64,000 bases of DNA from an uncultured bacterium (GTDB lineage Bacteria; Oederibacteriota; PGYV01; CAWJRG01): NCBI GenBank assembly GCA_963845185.1, contig CAWJRG010000010.1:768001-832000 (forward strand). Reading direction: 5' to 3'. The notes under the pieces are model-generated. The model searched no databases, had not been told where the DNA came from, and saw only the letters and a program-made list of their open reading frames with translations. The position numbers and the translations under genes are program-made. Position 1 is the first letter of the stretch, and each line of letters starts with the position of its first letter. Below are positions 1-9,373 of the stretch, piece by piece.

Positions 1-46
1 TTGCGTCATCAAGGTTTTCGTTTTCCTTTATTAAAATCTCTGTCAT
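1..46 (-). CDS. rpsU: 30S ribosomal protein S21, 5' part (runs off window)
   Basis: Minus strand reads MTEILIKENENLDDA, matching the S21 N-terminus; AGAGGAGGG RBS upstream. Not in the ORF track. Confidence 0.8.
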   Translation of the reverse strand, partial: MTEILIKENENLDDA

Positions 47-110
47 ATAAAAATCTTCCCTCCTCTATGATAAAAATGGAATTTAAAAACAATAATACTT
101 TTAGCTAGCA

Positions 111-138
111 ATTATACTGTGAAAATTCGATTTGTCAA
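111..138 (-). promoter_or_regulatory. sigma70-type promoter for rpsU
   Basis: TTGACA-16 nt-TATAAT on minus strand. Confidence 0.65.
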
Positions 139-262
139 GTTTTTATTTAACTTATTTTAGAATCGTCTTTATTTTAAAGCAATAAATGCACAAAATATTT
201 CATTTACAAAATCTATTTTAGAATTTTGAAAACTAACTAATTATCCTAAATTAAACATCAAT

Positions 263-1657
263 TTATTCATAAAGTAAGTTGTTTTTTACAACTTTTTGAA
301 TATGTGGATAGGAAGAGTAAGTTGCTGAAACTTTTATAACCGCTACATATAAGTTACCCTTTTTTAAATATTTATCTATATATTCTTTTGGTATTTTCCA
401 TTTTATTGAATTTTTCCCAGTATCAAGTTGCAACCCATTGCACACTTCTATTATGTTCTTTTCAGTTTCTACTTCAATGGTTGCATAACTTTTTTCAGTT
501 AAAAAAAACTCAAATTTGTACATGTCGTTTTCTATTTTATCCTTTTCTACTTTAAAATTAATGACATCACTGCCGACCCAAAAATACTGAGCTGAATTCT
601 TATCGGAAACAAAAATCTGTCCGTAATGTTTATATATAGCTATACCCGTTGGATTTTCAAATTCGTAATCATTCATCCCATATTTTCCAAAAGATGTAAT
701 ATAAAATAGTTCCGGAGAAAATTTATGTACCTGTGAATTTAATTCATCAACTACATAGACGTTGCCGTAATAATCCTGCTCCAGAGTTGTCAGAAAAACT
801 TTTTTATTTAATAATTCATTTACTCTTATCGAGCGGCTTAAATTTCCTTTGAAATCCAGCTTCTGTATTCTGGAATTATTACCGTCTATTAAATATATAA
901 AGTTGTAATTATATCCGTTGTATCTTTCGTTCATATCACATATAGCTATTCCTTGAGGACTGGAAATTCCATACGATTTGTCTATAGAGTATAAAAATCC
1001 GCCAGATTTGTCAAAAACCTGTATTCTGTTGTTGCCAGTATCAGAAACATAAATTCTTCCCATTGAATCAAGTGCAACATAGGTTGGATTATTGAATTCG
1101 CCATTGTCCGTTCCTTGCACGCCTATTGTACGGATAAAAATTATCTTTTTGCCGTCGTTGTATAGTCTTACAATTCTATTATTTCCTGCATCGGCCACAT
1201 ATACATCACCATATTCGTTGCAAGCAATACCTATTGGATGAAAAAATTCTCCATCCCCGTGTCCTTCCTTGCCGAATATAGCCAATGAATACATAGACGG
1301 ATTATATATTATCTCTGAATTGCCGGAATTAATTCCATAAACCGTTAATTGCCAATCATCTTTACCTTCATTTATTTTTCCGTAATCAGCAATAAGTTTT
1401 GTTGCCGCAAGATCCTGTGGGTTATTAAAATAAGTGCGGTTACCAAGAAATACTTTAAGCCAAAAAGGCGTGCCGCGGTGTATTCCAAACGGAGTATGCC
1501 AGAAACTCGGATAAACCAATGTTGTTGGCTTATCAATTATTAACTCGGGTTTATCTTCATCTGGCGTATCGATAGGTATGGGTTGATCTGCTGAGGAAAC
1601 ATAATTGCTGAATAAAATAAGAATTATGATTATTATAAGGCTAAATAATTTTCTCAT
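263..1657 (-). CDS. Secreted NHL-repeat beta-propeller protein
   Basis: Signal peptide; repeated F..P.GIA...G.VYV.D.GNNRI NHL motifs; possible C-terminal Ig-like domain. Confidence 0.8.
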   Translation of the reverse strand: MRKLFSLIIIIILILFSNYVSSADQPIPIDTPDEDKPELIIDKPTTLVYPSFWHTPFGIHRGTPFWLKVFLGNRTYFNNPQDLAATKLIADYGKINEGKDDWQLTVYGINSGNSEIIYNPSMYSLAIFGKEGHGDGEFFHPIGIACNEYGDVYVADAGNNRIVRLYNDGKKIIFIRTIGVQGTDNGEFNNPTYVALDSMGRIYVSDTGNNRIQVFDKSGGFLYSIDKSYGISSPQGIAICDMNERYNGYNYNFIYLIDGNNSRIQKLDFKGNLSRSIRVNELLNKKVFLTTLEQDYYGNVYVVDELNSQVHKFSPELFYITSFGKYGMNDYEFENPTGIAIYKHYGQIFVSDKNSAQYFWVGSDVINFKVEKDKIENDMYKFEFFLTEKSYATIEVETEKNIIEVCNGLQLDTGKNSIKWKIPKEYIDKYLKKGNLYVAVIKVSATYSSYPHIQKVVKNNLLYE

Positions 1658-1665
1658 TTTATTAC

Positions 1666-2421
1666 CTAAAACCCAAAATTTAATGTTAGAAAATTTAAAT
1701 TATCTTTATTTTCATAACTAATTTGCATATTTGGATTTTCAAAATTAATAACTTTTCCTGTAATTGTTCCTATAAATCCTCCAAGCAAAACATCAGATGG
1801 CCAGTGTGCGTTTTTATAGATACGTGCTATACCGCACAAAAAAGCTATGGGATAAGTAATATAACCTATATTATAATTGTCACCTAATATTGTTGCCCAT
1901 GCAAATGCAGCAGTGGTATGGCCTGAAGGCAACGAACTATCGGATAAAGAAAATGGTTTATAATTAAACTGAGTATTTGCATTAGATGGTCTTTCTCTAC
2001 CTACGATAATTTTGGTTATATATGCAACCATACCGCTAACCGCGATTCCTTCTATTATTCTTTTTCCTACTTTTCTTTCTTTTTCACTGCCTACTGCAAA
2101 AAGAATGGAATCGGCCGCTAAAATATATAGTCCATCACCGCAGTCATTAAAAATATTAAAAAATTGATCTTTTGTACTATTTTTATTTTTTTGAATTTCA
2201 GTAGATATATATTTATCATTATTCATCAATGAAATAGTTGTGCCTGCAAGTATTATAGTTATTATTAAACTTTTTAATGGACTTTCAGTCACGCTTGAGC
2301 CCAAATTTTCAAAGTCTTCAAAAAATAATCGGTTTAATATGTTTTCTTCCGCTGCTATATTCATGGCAAAAATTATGATTGTCAAAAAAATTATTATTAT
2401 TGTTTTAAGTATTTTAGCCAT
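1666..2421 (-). CDS. PAP2-family phosphatase
   Basis: KIIVGRERP, PSGH and ARIYKNAHWPSD motifs. Confidence 0.85.
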   Translation of the reverse strand: MAKILKTIIIIFLTIIIFAMNIAAEENILNRLFFEDFENLGSSVTESPLKSLIITIILAGTTISLMNNDKYISTEIQKNKNSTKDQFFNIFNDCGDGLYILAADSILFAVGSEKERKVGKRIIEGIAVSGMVAYITKIIVGRERPSNANTQFNYKPFSLSDSSLPSGHTTAAFAWATILGDNYNIGYITYPIAFLCGIARIYKNAHWPSDVLLGGFIGTITGKVINFENPNMQISYENKDNLNFLTLNFGF

Positions 2422-2430
2422 TTTAAAATT

Positions 2431-3042
2431 TCACCTGTAAAGGTTGTTCTTTTTTATATATTCGCAAACTTTTTCTCCAAGCTCAACAGCGCACTCCTCG
2501 CCGCTTCTTATTTTCACTCTAAGGTTTGATGATGATATATGGATTAAATCTGTATGGGCCCAGTATATTACATTTGCCATATTGCCATACTTTTTAACTA
2601 TCATTTCTTTTGTGTAGTATTCCCTTGGAAATATTATAAAATCAAGTAGTTTTAAAATCTGTTCATGATCCTTCCACATGTCAATAAGGTAAAATGCGTC
2701 TGTCCCTATCAAAAAAAATACTTTTTTGTCAGGGAATTCATTTTTAAAATACTTAATGGTATCTATGGAATAGGAAATTGTTTTCTGAGCTATTTCAAAA
2801 TCGGAAAAAATAAAATCCTGGTCTTCATGTATGAGCAGTTTCACCATATCAGCCCTGTGGCTTGCGTCCAGCACGTTCCTCGGCTCCTTGTGCGGTGGTA
2901 GGTATGACGGGATAAAAAACACTTTTTCCAGTTTAAATTCTTTTTTAGCGGCCTTGGCGAGCTTGAGGTGCCCTATATGGGGTGGATTAAAAGTACCTCC
3001 GAACAACCCTATATTTTTTTCCTCACTCACGGATTTGACCAT
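2431..3042 (-). CDS. nadD: Nicotinate-nucleotide adenylyltransferase
   Basis: GLFGGTFNPPHIGH and ISSS motifs; follows proA. Confidence 0.95.
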   Translation of the reverse strand: MVKSVSEEKNIGLFGGTFNPPHIGHLKLAKAAKKEFKLEKVFFIPSYLPPHKEPRNVLDASHRADMVKLLIHEDQDFIFSDFEIAQKTISYSIDTIKYFKNEFPDKKVFFLIGTDAFYLIDMWKDHEQILKLLDFIIFPREYYTKEMIVKKYGNMANVIYWAHTDLIHISSSNLRVKIRSGEECAVELGEKVCEYIKKNNLYR

Positions 3043-4279
3043 TCCCGAATATTATATATTTTTCTGAAGTAAGTTCACGCAACGCCATGGGCCCCCTGAC
3101 GTGCAGTTTTTGGTTTGAAATACCCATCTCAGCACCTAGCCCAAACTGGTTTCCGTCAGTAAACCTCGTCGATGCGTTCACGAAACATGCGGCTGAGTCC
3201 ACTTCTTGCAAAAACCTCATGGCGTTTGTGTAGTCCTGAGTGACTATTGCATCCGAGTGGTGCGACCCGTAATTATTGATGTGCCGTATTGCTTCGTCCA
3301 GGTCATTTACGACCTTTACGGAAAGAATAAGGTCAAGGTACTCTGTAGACCAGTCTTCCTCGGTCGCGTCTTTTATGTCCTTTAGGATTTTTTTTGTTTC
3401 CGCGTCGCCCCTGATTTCAACTTTTGCCTTTTTAAACTCTTCATTTATGTAAGGCAAAAATTTTCTGGCGATATTTTTATGCACAAGAAGCGTTTCCATG
3501 GCGTTGCATACAGCCGGTCTCTGCACTTTTGCGTTATAGCATATTTTTATAGCCATATCAATGTCCGCTGTTTCGTCCACGAATGTATGGCATATCCCTT
3601 CGTCATGCCTTATGACTGGTATTAACGAATTTTCCTCTATAAACTTTATTAGACTTTTTCCGCCCCTTGGTATGACAACGTCGATATATTCCTTTAATTT
3701 AACCATGCAGGTTATTGATTCCCTGTTTGTGTTGTCAATGACTTCCACCACACCCTCGGGCATGCCAGCTTTTTTTATCCCTTCTTTTATCAACTGTGTT
3801 ATTATTATGTTTGAATTTATCGCGTCTGAACCGCCGCGCAGTATTATTGCATTTCCGGATTTTATGGTCAAAGCCGCAGCTTCCGTGCAGACGTTTGGCC
3901 TTGCCTCGAAAATAAAGCCTATTACTCCCAGCGGCATACGCATTTTGCCTATTTTAAGGCCGTTTGGCACTGTCCACGCCTGTGTGATCTCGCCGACAGG
4001 ATCCTTCAAAGCGATAACATCGTTTATAGCCTTTATCATCTCGTCAATCCTTTTATCGTTCAGGGATAGCCTGTCCACCAGCGCCTTTGACATTTTCTTT
4101 GCTTCAGCCGCTTTAATGTCCTTCATATTTTCTTTTTTAATTTTATCCCTGTTAGCGTCAACGGCTGAAATTATATTTTTCAGGGCTACATTTTTAACGT
4201 CGGTATTCAGTTTAACCATTTCCCTGCTTGCCTCTTTGGCGGACCTTGCCTTTTGTGCTATTGTTTCCTTCAAATCCAT
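3023..4279 (-). CDS. proA: Glutamate-5-semialdehyde dehydrogenase
   Basis: FEARPNV, CNAMETLLVH, NASTRFTDG..FGLGAEMGIS motifs. Confidence 0.97.
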   Translation of the reverse strand: MDLKETIAQKARSAKEASREMVKLNTDVKNVALKNIISAVDANRDKIKKENMKDIKAAEAKKMSKALVDRLSLNDKRIDEMIKAINDVIALKDPVGEITQAWTVPNGLKIGKMRMPLGVIGFIFEARPNVCTEAAALTIKSGNAIILRGGSDAINSNIIITQLIKEGIKKAGMPEGVVEVIDNTNRESITCMVKLKEYIDVVIPRGGKSLIKFIEENSLIPVIRHDEGICHTFVDETADIDMAIKICYNAKVQRPAVCNAMETLLVHKNIARKFLPYINEEFKKAKVEIRGDAETKKILKDIKDATEEDWSTEYLDLILSVKVVNDLDEAIRHINNYGSHHSDAIVTQDYTNAMRFLQEVDSAACFVNASTRFTDGNQFGLGAEMGISNQKLHVRGPMALRELTSEKYIIFGNGQIRE

Positions 4280-4343
4280 AAAACCACCTCAATATACTTT
4301 TGGGCAGATATTTTTATCGGTTAAATCCCTGCGCTTTGCGTGA

Positions 4344-5501
4344 TTAGAAAAACTCTTCTATCACGCTGTTTGAAAGCAGGAATCCCTTCCTTGTCAGGCT
4401 TATATTTTCATTGCCTTTATCGACAAGCCCTATATCCGCGAACTTGTCTATTATCTTACAATATTTCTTGTAAAAATCAATTTTAAAAATTCCGGCGTAT
4501 TCAAGCATGCTTACCCCACTTTTTTTCCTTAAATTGAGCATTATATAATCTTTTTCATATTTGGCGTCGTCGTATATGTCTTTTTCCATTATTGTGTCTT
4601 CATTGTTGTTTATCCTTTTTATGTACTCGGCTGGGTCTTCCGTATTTTTATACCTTTCGTTGCTGAAAAACGAAGCAGCCCCAGCCCCGACGCCCAGGTA
4701 CTCGCCCATTTTCCAGTAATTCATATTATGCAGACATTCATATCCTTGCTTGGCAAAATTGGAAATTTCATACTGGAGATATGAATTTTTTTCTAGCATG
4801 TTTGCAGAATCCATGTACATACTCTCTATCTCTTCGTCGTCGGGCAGGGTTATTGATTTTGTCTGCAACATATCAAAATATTCAGTATCCTGATAAGCTG
4901 TAAGCATATAAAATGAAATGTGTTTTGGGCTCAGACCTATAGATTTTTTAATATCGCTGAAAATATCTTCTTTTTCTTCCCCGTGGATTCCATACATTAA
5001 ATCAATACTAAAATTATCAATGTGCTTTTTTATTGTTTCCACCGCTTTGTAGGCTTTATCCGCGTCGTGTATTCTCCCTAATTTCTTCAGTAGCCCATTG
5101 CTGAAACTCTGTGCGCCCAGACTGATTCTGTTGACATAAGTTTTTAAGAGCCCTGTTTTTTCCTCGGTTACTGTTTCAGGGTTTGCTTCTATTGTCATCT
5201 CTACAAAATTTTTTTTGTCTACGATTGAATACAGCCCTGAAAAAAAACTTTCAAGCTGTTTTACGCTCAAAAAAGTCGGAGTACCGCCGCCTATGTATAA
5301 TGTATTAAAAATTAATCCGACTTTTTCCTTTTTTACCCTCAGCTCCTTCAAAACTGCATTAATATAATCATCAATAAGGTAAGCCCTGTCGTCGTAGGAA
5401 TTGAAATCGCAGTATGCACATTTTTGTATGCAGAAAGGAATGTGAATATATAAGCCTGAATTTTTGGATGTACTTACCTTGTTATTGTTTTCATTTGTCA
5501 T
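4344..5501 (-). CDS. hemW: Radical SAM heme chaperone HemW
   Basis: LYIHIPFC..KC.YCDF, GGGTPT, YEISNF, HNMNYW motifs; start uncertain. Confidence 0.9.
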   Translation of the reverse strand: MTNENNNKVSTSKNSGLYIHIPFCIQKCAYCDFNSYDDRAYLIDDYINAVLKELRVKKEKVGLIFNTLYIGGGTPTFLSVKQLESFFSGLYSIVDKKNFVEMTIEANPETVTEEKTGLLKTYVNRISLGAQSFSNGLLKKLGRIHDADKAYKAVETIKKHIDNFSIDLMYGIHGEEKEDIFSDIKKSIGLSPKHISFYMLTAYQDTEYFDMLQTKSITLPDDEEIESMYMDSANMLEKNSYLQYEISNFAKQGYECLHNMNYWKMGEYLGVGAGAASFFSNERYKNTEDPAEYIKRINNNEDTIMEKDIYDDAKYEKDYIMLNLRKKSGVSMLEYAGIFKIDFYKKYCKIIDKFADIGLVDKGNENISLTRKGFLLSNSVIEEFF

Positions 5502-5526
5502 TTTTAAACTCAAACTTTTATTAAAA

Positions 5527-6252
5527 TTATTTTATTATTGCTGTCGCAGGCGTTGATGAATTTGCGTTTGCGTCAGGCAGAATAATACTATAATGTCTTA
5601 TTATTTTTATTCTGTCTGGCGGCCAGTAAACAAACCAGGCCTTGCCCCTCAAATATTTGTAAGATAAAAATCCCCAAAACCTGCTGTCTTCTGAATTATC
5701 CCTGTTATCTCCCATAACAAAAAAGGCATCTGAAGGCACTTTAACCGGCCCAAAATTATCCCTCACTGTCATTTCCATGGGTAATGTCCTAATATCTTTA
5801 TGAAATATATATGGCTCGTCAAGTCTTATTCCGTTCACATAAACTATTTTATCTTTTATTTCTATCGTATCTCCCGGTACGCCTATGCAGCGCTTAATAA
5901 ACATTAATTTGGGATTTTGAGGGTATCTAAAAATTATAACTTCTCCTCTTTGTGGTTGTTTAAATTTAAGTATAGTTTTATTGGAAAAAGGTAAATTGGT
6001 ACCATAAATAAACTTATTTGCAATTATATGATCACCTATAAGCAAAGTATCTTCCATTGATGATGTGGGTATTTTAAATGCCTGTATTATTAATGTCCTT
6101 ATAATAGTCGCAATTATAATGGCTTCAAATGCTGGTTCAACCCAATCCCTTATGACGTTAGTTTTTGACAGTTTAAAAATTAAAACAACAAGGATTTCCC
6201 CTATTGTTAATATAATAAATAAGCTCCAGAATATTACCTCTGTTTGCTCCAT
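5527..6252 (-). CDS. lepB: Signal peptidase I
   Basis: IPTSSMEDTL, FIKRCIG, GDNRDNSEDSR motifs. Confidence 0.95.
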   Translation of the reverse strand: MEQTEVIFWSLFIILTIGEILVVLIFKLSKTNVIRDWVEPAFEAIIIATIIRTLIIQAFKIPTSSMEDTLLIGDHIIANKFIYGTNLPFSNKTILKFKQPQRGEVIIFRYPQNPKLMFIKRCIGVPGDTIEIKDKIVYVNGIRLDEPYIFHKDIRTLPMEMTVRDNFGPVKVPSDAFFVMGDNRDNSEDSRFWGFLSYKYLRGKAWFVYWPPDRIKIIRHYSIILPDANANSSTPATAIIK

Positions 6253-6409
6253 TTTTTCTCCTAATATCGTATCAAATAAAATTAGTATATTTATTTATAT
6301 AATTAATCTAAAAAAAAAGCAATAATTAATAATTGTTATAAAAAATCTAATTAAATTTATATTGAATCTATGTAAGTTGGTTAAACTATATCAAATTAAT
6401 AGCTAATTA

Positions 6410-6962
6410 TTTTTTTTGTATTAAACTGGAACTGCAAACAAGCAATTCTATTAAAATATTCATTTCATTGATAAATATACTTATATTAATTTCTAAAAAT
6501 TTTACAATTATGCAATTGATTCATATTTCAATTCATTCTAACTTTCTGATTATATTCTTTTGGATGCCAATTAGACTTTTTCTGACTCCAACGCATCGTG
6601 TGAAGTATCTTGCTTATATGTGCAGAATGATAACGTATTTTGAATTTTCTATATATAACATCTGCTATTCGCGAACACGTCCATAAATCTGTTGAGTATC
6701 CTACACTTCTAGCTCCTTTTAAAAGTATATTTTCAATTTTTAATTTATTTTTTATGGTCAACTTTGATGGGCGTCCTGAAGACGTTTTTGCTTTTAACAT
6801 CTCTTTTCCACCTTTTTTGTATGCTATATTCCAACGGTAAACCGAACGATACTCTACACCTAATCTCCTTGCTACTTTAACCGGACCAATCTTTTTTTTC
6901 AAAAGTAATATTGCTTTTATACGTCTTTTTTCCAATTTTTGTGGGCTTCCGAGTGGTCTCAT
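6410..6962 (-). mobile_element. IS630-family transposase remnant: intact HTH ORF 6528-6962, decayed DDE part
   Basis: ORF resembles IS630 N-terminus (VARRLGV..SVYRW, SGRPSKL, DLWT); downstream frame ISIFINEMNIL loosely resembles a decayed VFIDESG motif; no intact DDE ORF. Confidence 0.75.
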
Positions 6963-7031
6963 AATAACAAACTCCTTTATCCTTATTATATGACTTTAAT
7001 TATGCAATATTCTATGAGTTTTAATAACCAT

Positions 7032-8129
7032 CTATGTTAATAATATTTCCCCATTTTTAATTTCAAATAAATTTGAAATTTTAAAATTTTTAAAATTTTC
7101 TTTATATGTCGTTGTTATTAATATTTGTTCAAATAAACTAAAAGTATTAATTACAAATTCTTTGTTTGGATTGTCTAGCTCTGAAGAGAAATCATCTAAT
7201 AGGATAATAGGATACATTGCTCTTTCTTGTTTGATCATTAGACCTTCAGCAAGTTTAATCAAAATTGCAGAAATTCTTTGTTGGCCTTCGGATGCGTATT
7301 GTTTCGCAGGTTTATTATCATAAAAGATTTCAATATCATCACGATGTGGACCAATTAAAGTGATAGCCCTTGCTATTTCATCATCTATATTGTTATTAAA
7401 AAAATTATTATATTTATTTTTTATCATTTGAGGTTCAAATACATCAAAAATTTTGGAACTATATTTCAAAAAAATTCTATTTTTATTCTGGAATAAATTT
7501 TCATTTAATATACGATTTAAACTTTCAATAAATGTATTTCTTAAAACTAATATTTTTGTTCCATCTTCGGTAATTTGATTATTCCATATATCTAATATAT
7601 TCTTTTGCAATCTATTTTCTTTAATTTGTCTAAGAAGATAATTTCTGTGAGCTATTTCTTTTGAATATCTCATTAAAATTTGATAATAATCATTGCTTAT
7701 TTTTGATATTAATTCATCAATAAAATTTCTTCTAACAGACGGTTCGCCTTTAATTATCATTATATTTTCAGGCGCAAATAGAACTATTGGAAGTTCACTG
7801 ACAATATGAGATATACGCATTAATTTATTATTATTAATTTTAATAGATTTTTTTCTTAAAATATTATTATATTCCGCAATATATTCCTTATTTATTTCAG
7901 CAAATGAGGCATTAATAACTATTTGCATTTGTTTTTGCCCTTGCTTTATTAATACATTATCATCAGAAGTTCTAAATGATTTAGTCATTGCCAACCAATA
8001 AATTGCTTCAATTATATTCGTTTTTCCTGTTCCATTTTCACCATAAAATAGATTTATTCCTGAATTAAGATTTAAAGTTAGTTCACTATAATTTCTAAAA
8101 TTTTTAATATTAACATTTCTTATCTGCAT
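7032..8129 (-). CDS. recF: DNA replication/repair protein RecF
   Basis: NFRNY, GENGTGKTN, GPHRDD, ASEGQQR, LLDDFSSELD motifs. Confidence 0.95.
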   Translation of the reverse strand: MQIRNVNIKNFRNYSELTLNLNSGINLFYGENGTGKTNIIEAIYWLAMTKSFRTSDDNVLIKQGQKQMQIVINASFAEINKEYIAEYNNILRKKSIKINNNKLMRISHIVSELPIVLFAPENIMIIKGEPSVRRNFIDELISKISNDYYQILMRYSKEIAHRNYLLRQIKENRLQKNILDIWNNQITEDGTKILVLRNTFIESLNRILNENLFQNKNRIFLKYSSKIFDVFEPQMIKNKYNNFFNNNIDDEIARAITLIGPHRDDIEIFYDNKPAKQYASEGQQRISAILIKLAEGLMIKQERAMYPIILLDDFSSELDNPNKEFVINTFSLFEQILITTTYKENFKNFKISNLFEIKNGEILLT

Positions 8130-8221
8130 TATGACTTAATACTCCTTAATATAATTTGAAGCTTATTTAAGCATTAAATTGCATTAACTAATTCCATAAT
8201 TTTACAGATTAATTTCAATAA

Positions 8222-8237
8222 TGTTCTACGTGGAACA
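8222..8237. promoter_or_regulatory. parS centromere-like site
   Basis: TGTTCTACGTGGAACA, one mismatch to the parS variant TGTTCCACGTGGAACA; intergenic next to rsmG, about 7 kb from oriC. Confidence 0.8.
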
Positions 8238-8265
8238 TTAATAGTACACATTTACTTTTTCTAAA

Positions 8266-8985
8266 TTATAAAGGATTTTTCTTTATTTTATTGAGCATTC
8301 CGTGGTAAATACTAGCAGTTTTCCACAACTTTTTAACAAAAATAATCGAATGTTGACCATAATTATCAGGTAATTTATAACTAAATATATTACAAATATT
8401 TATGCCTACACCTCTATGTAATCTCAAATTTTTATTAATTTCGTGAACCTGTTTTTGACTAGCATAAAAACAAATTAAACCATTATTCTTTATAAAAATA
8501 TTAGTAATTTCAATTGAAGTATTAAAATTCGAAAAGGCACGTATTGTGCAAGAATCATAATTTTCCCTATATTTACAGTTTTTAGCAGCAATTTCAGCTC
8601 TATTAAACAAAATATCAACATTTTTTAAATTAAGTATATTAACAATATGTTTTAAAAAAAGAACTCTTTTTTTATTGGATTCTAATAGAGTTATTTTAAT
8701 TCTTGGTAAAATTATTGCTATTGGAATTCCAGGAAATCCAGCTCCAGAACCAACGTCTAATAATGTTTCATATTGTGAAACATTATTAGATTTTAATAAA
8801 TATATTGAATCAATGAAATGTTTAACTATTATTTCTTTATCTGTTTTAATTGATGTTAGATCTATTTTATTATTGTATTTCTTTATTTCATTTAAATAAA
8901 TATAGAATTTTTCTAATACACTTAAATTTAATAACTTAATATCAAAATTTGAAAAGTATTTTTCCAACAATTCTTTAGTATGCAT
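8266..8985 (-). CDS. rsmG: 16S rRNA m7G527 methyltransferase
   Basis: KHFIDS, LLDVGSGAGFPGIP, LLESNKKR, RAE motifs. Confidence 0.93.
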   Translation of the reverse strand: MHTKELLEKYFSNFDIKLLNLSVLEKFYIYLNEIKKYNNKIDLTSIKTDKEIIVKHFIDSIYLLKSNNVSQYETLLDVGSGAGFPGIPIAIILPRIKITLLESNKKRVLFLKHIVNILNLKNVDILFNRAEIAAKNCKYRENYDSCTIRAFSNFNTSIEITNIFIKNNGLICFYASQKQVHEINKNLRLHRGVGINICNIFSYKLPDNYGQHSIIFVKKLWKTASIYHGMLNKIKKNPL

Positions 8986-9373
8986 ATTAACTTATTATCT
9001 CACTATAAAATGAATTTTTCAATTAATTTTATTATCATCCTCTAACTTCTACGTATTATTGACCAAAATACATATTTATGCTAATATTTATATATAACAA
9101 ACTAACTATTTTGGTTTGAGTTGAATATTGAAAAAAGTATTAAATTCTGAATTATAATTGAAATTTGAATGATTTTTTCTAAAAAAAATTATTTTGATAT
9201 TAACTAAATATGTAAGTAAGGTATTCCTTCATCGGTTATATTCCTTGTTTGAAATTGGAACAAGAATATTTTTATTTCCTATGTTTTCGATTTCTGTAAA
9301 GCTAAATAATTTGGTTCTAATATGTTTAAAGTTTCTACATGAATTATTTTATTAAAGGAGGAATAGTATAAAA

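Noticed and set aside
2431..4279. proA without adjacent proB
   Set aside because: proB is often unlinked; absence from one window is uninformative
3561..4343. 260-aa plus-strand ORF and similar long antisense ORFs (20858-21565, 22881-23477, 54864-55562)
   Set aside because: Shadow frames of well-supported genes; no motifs or RBS
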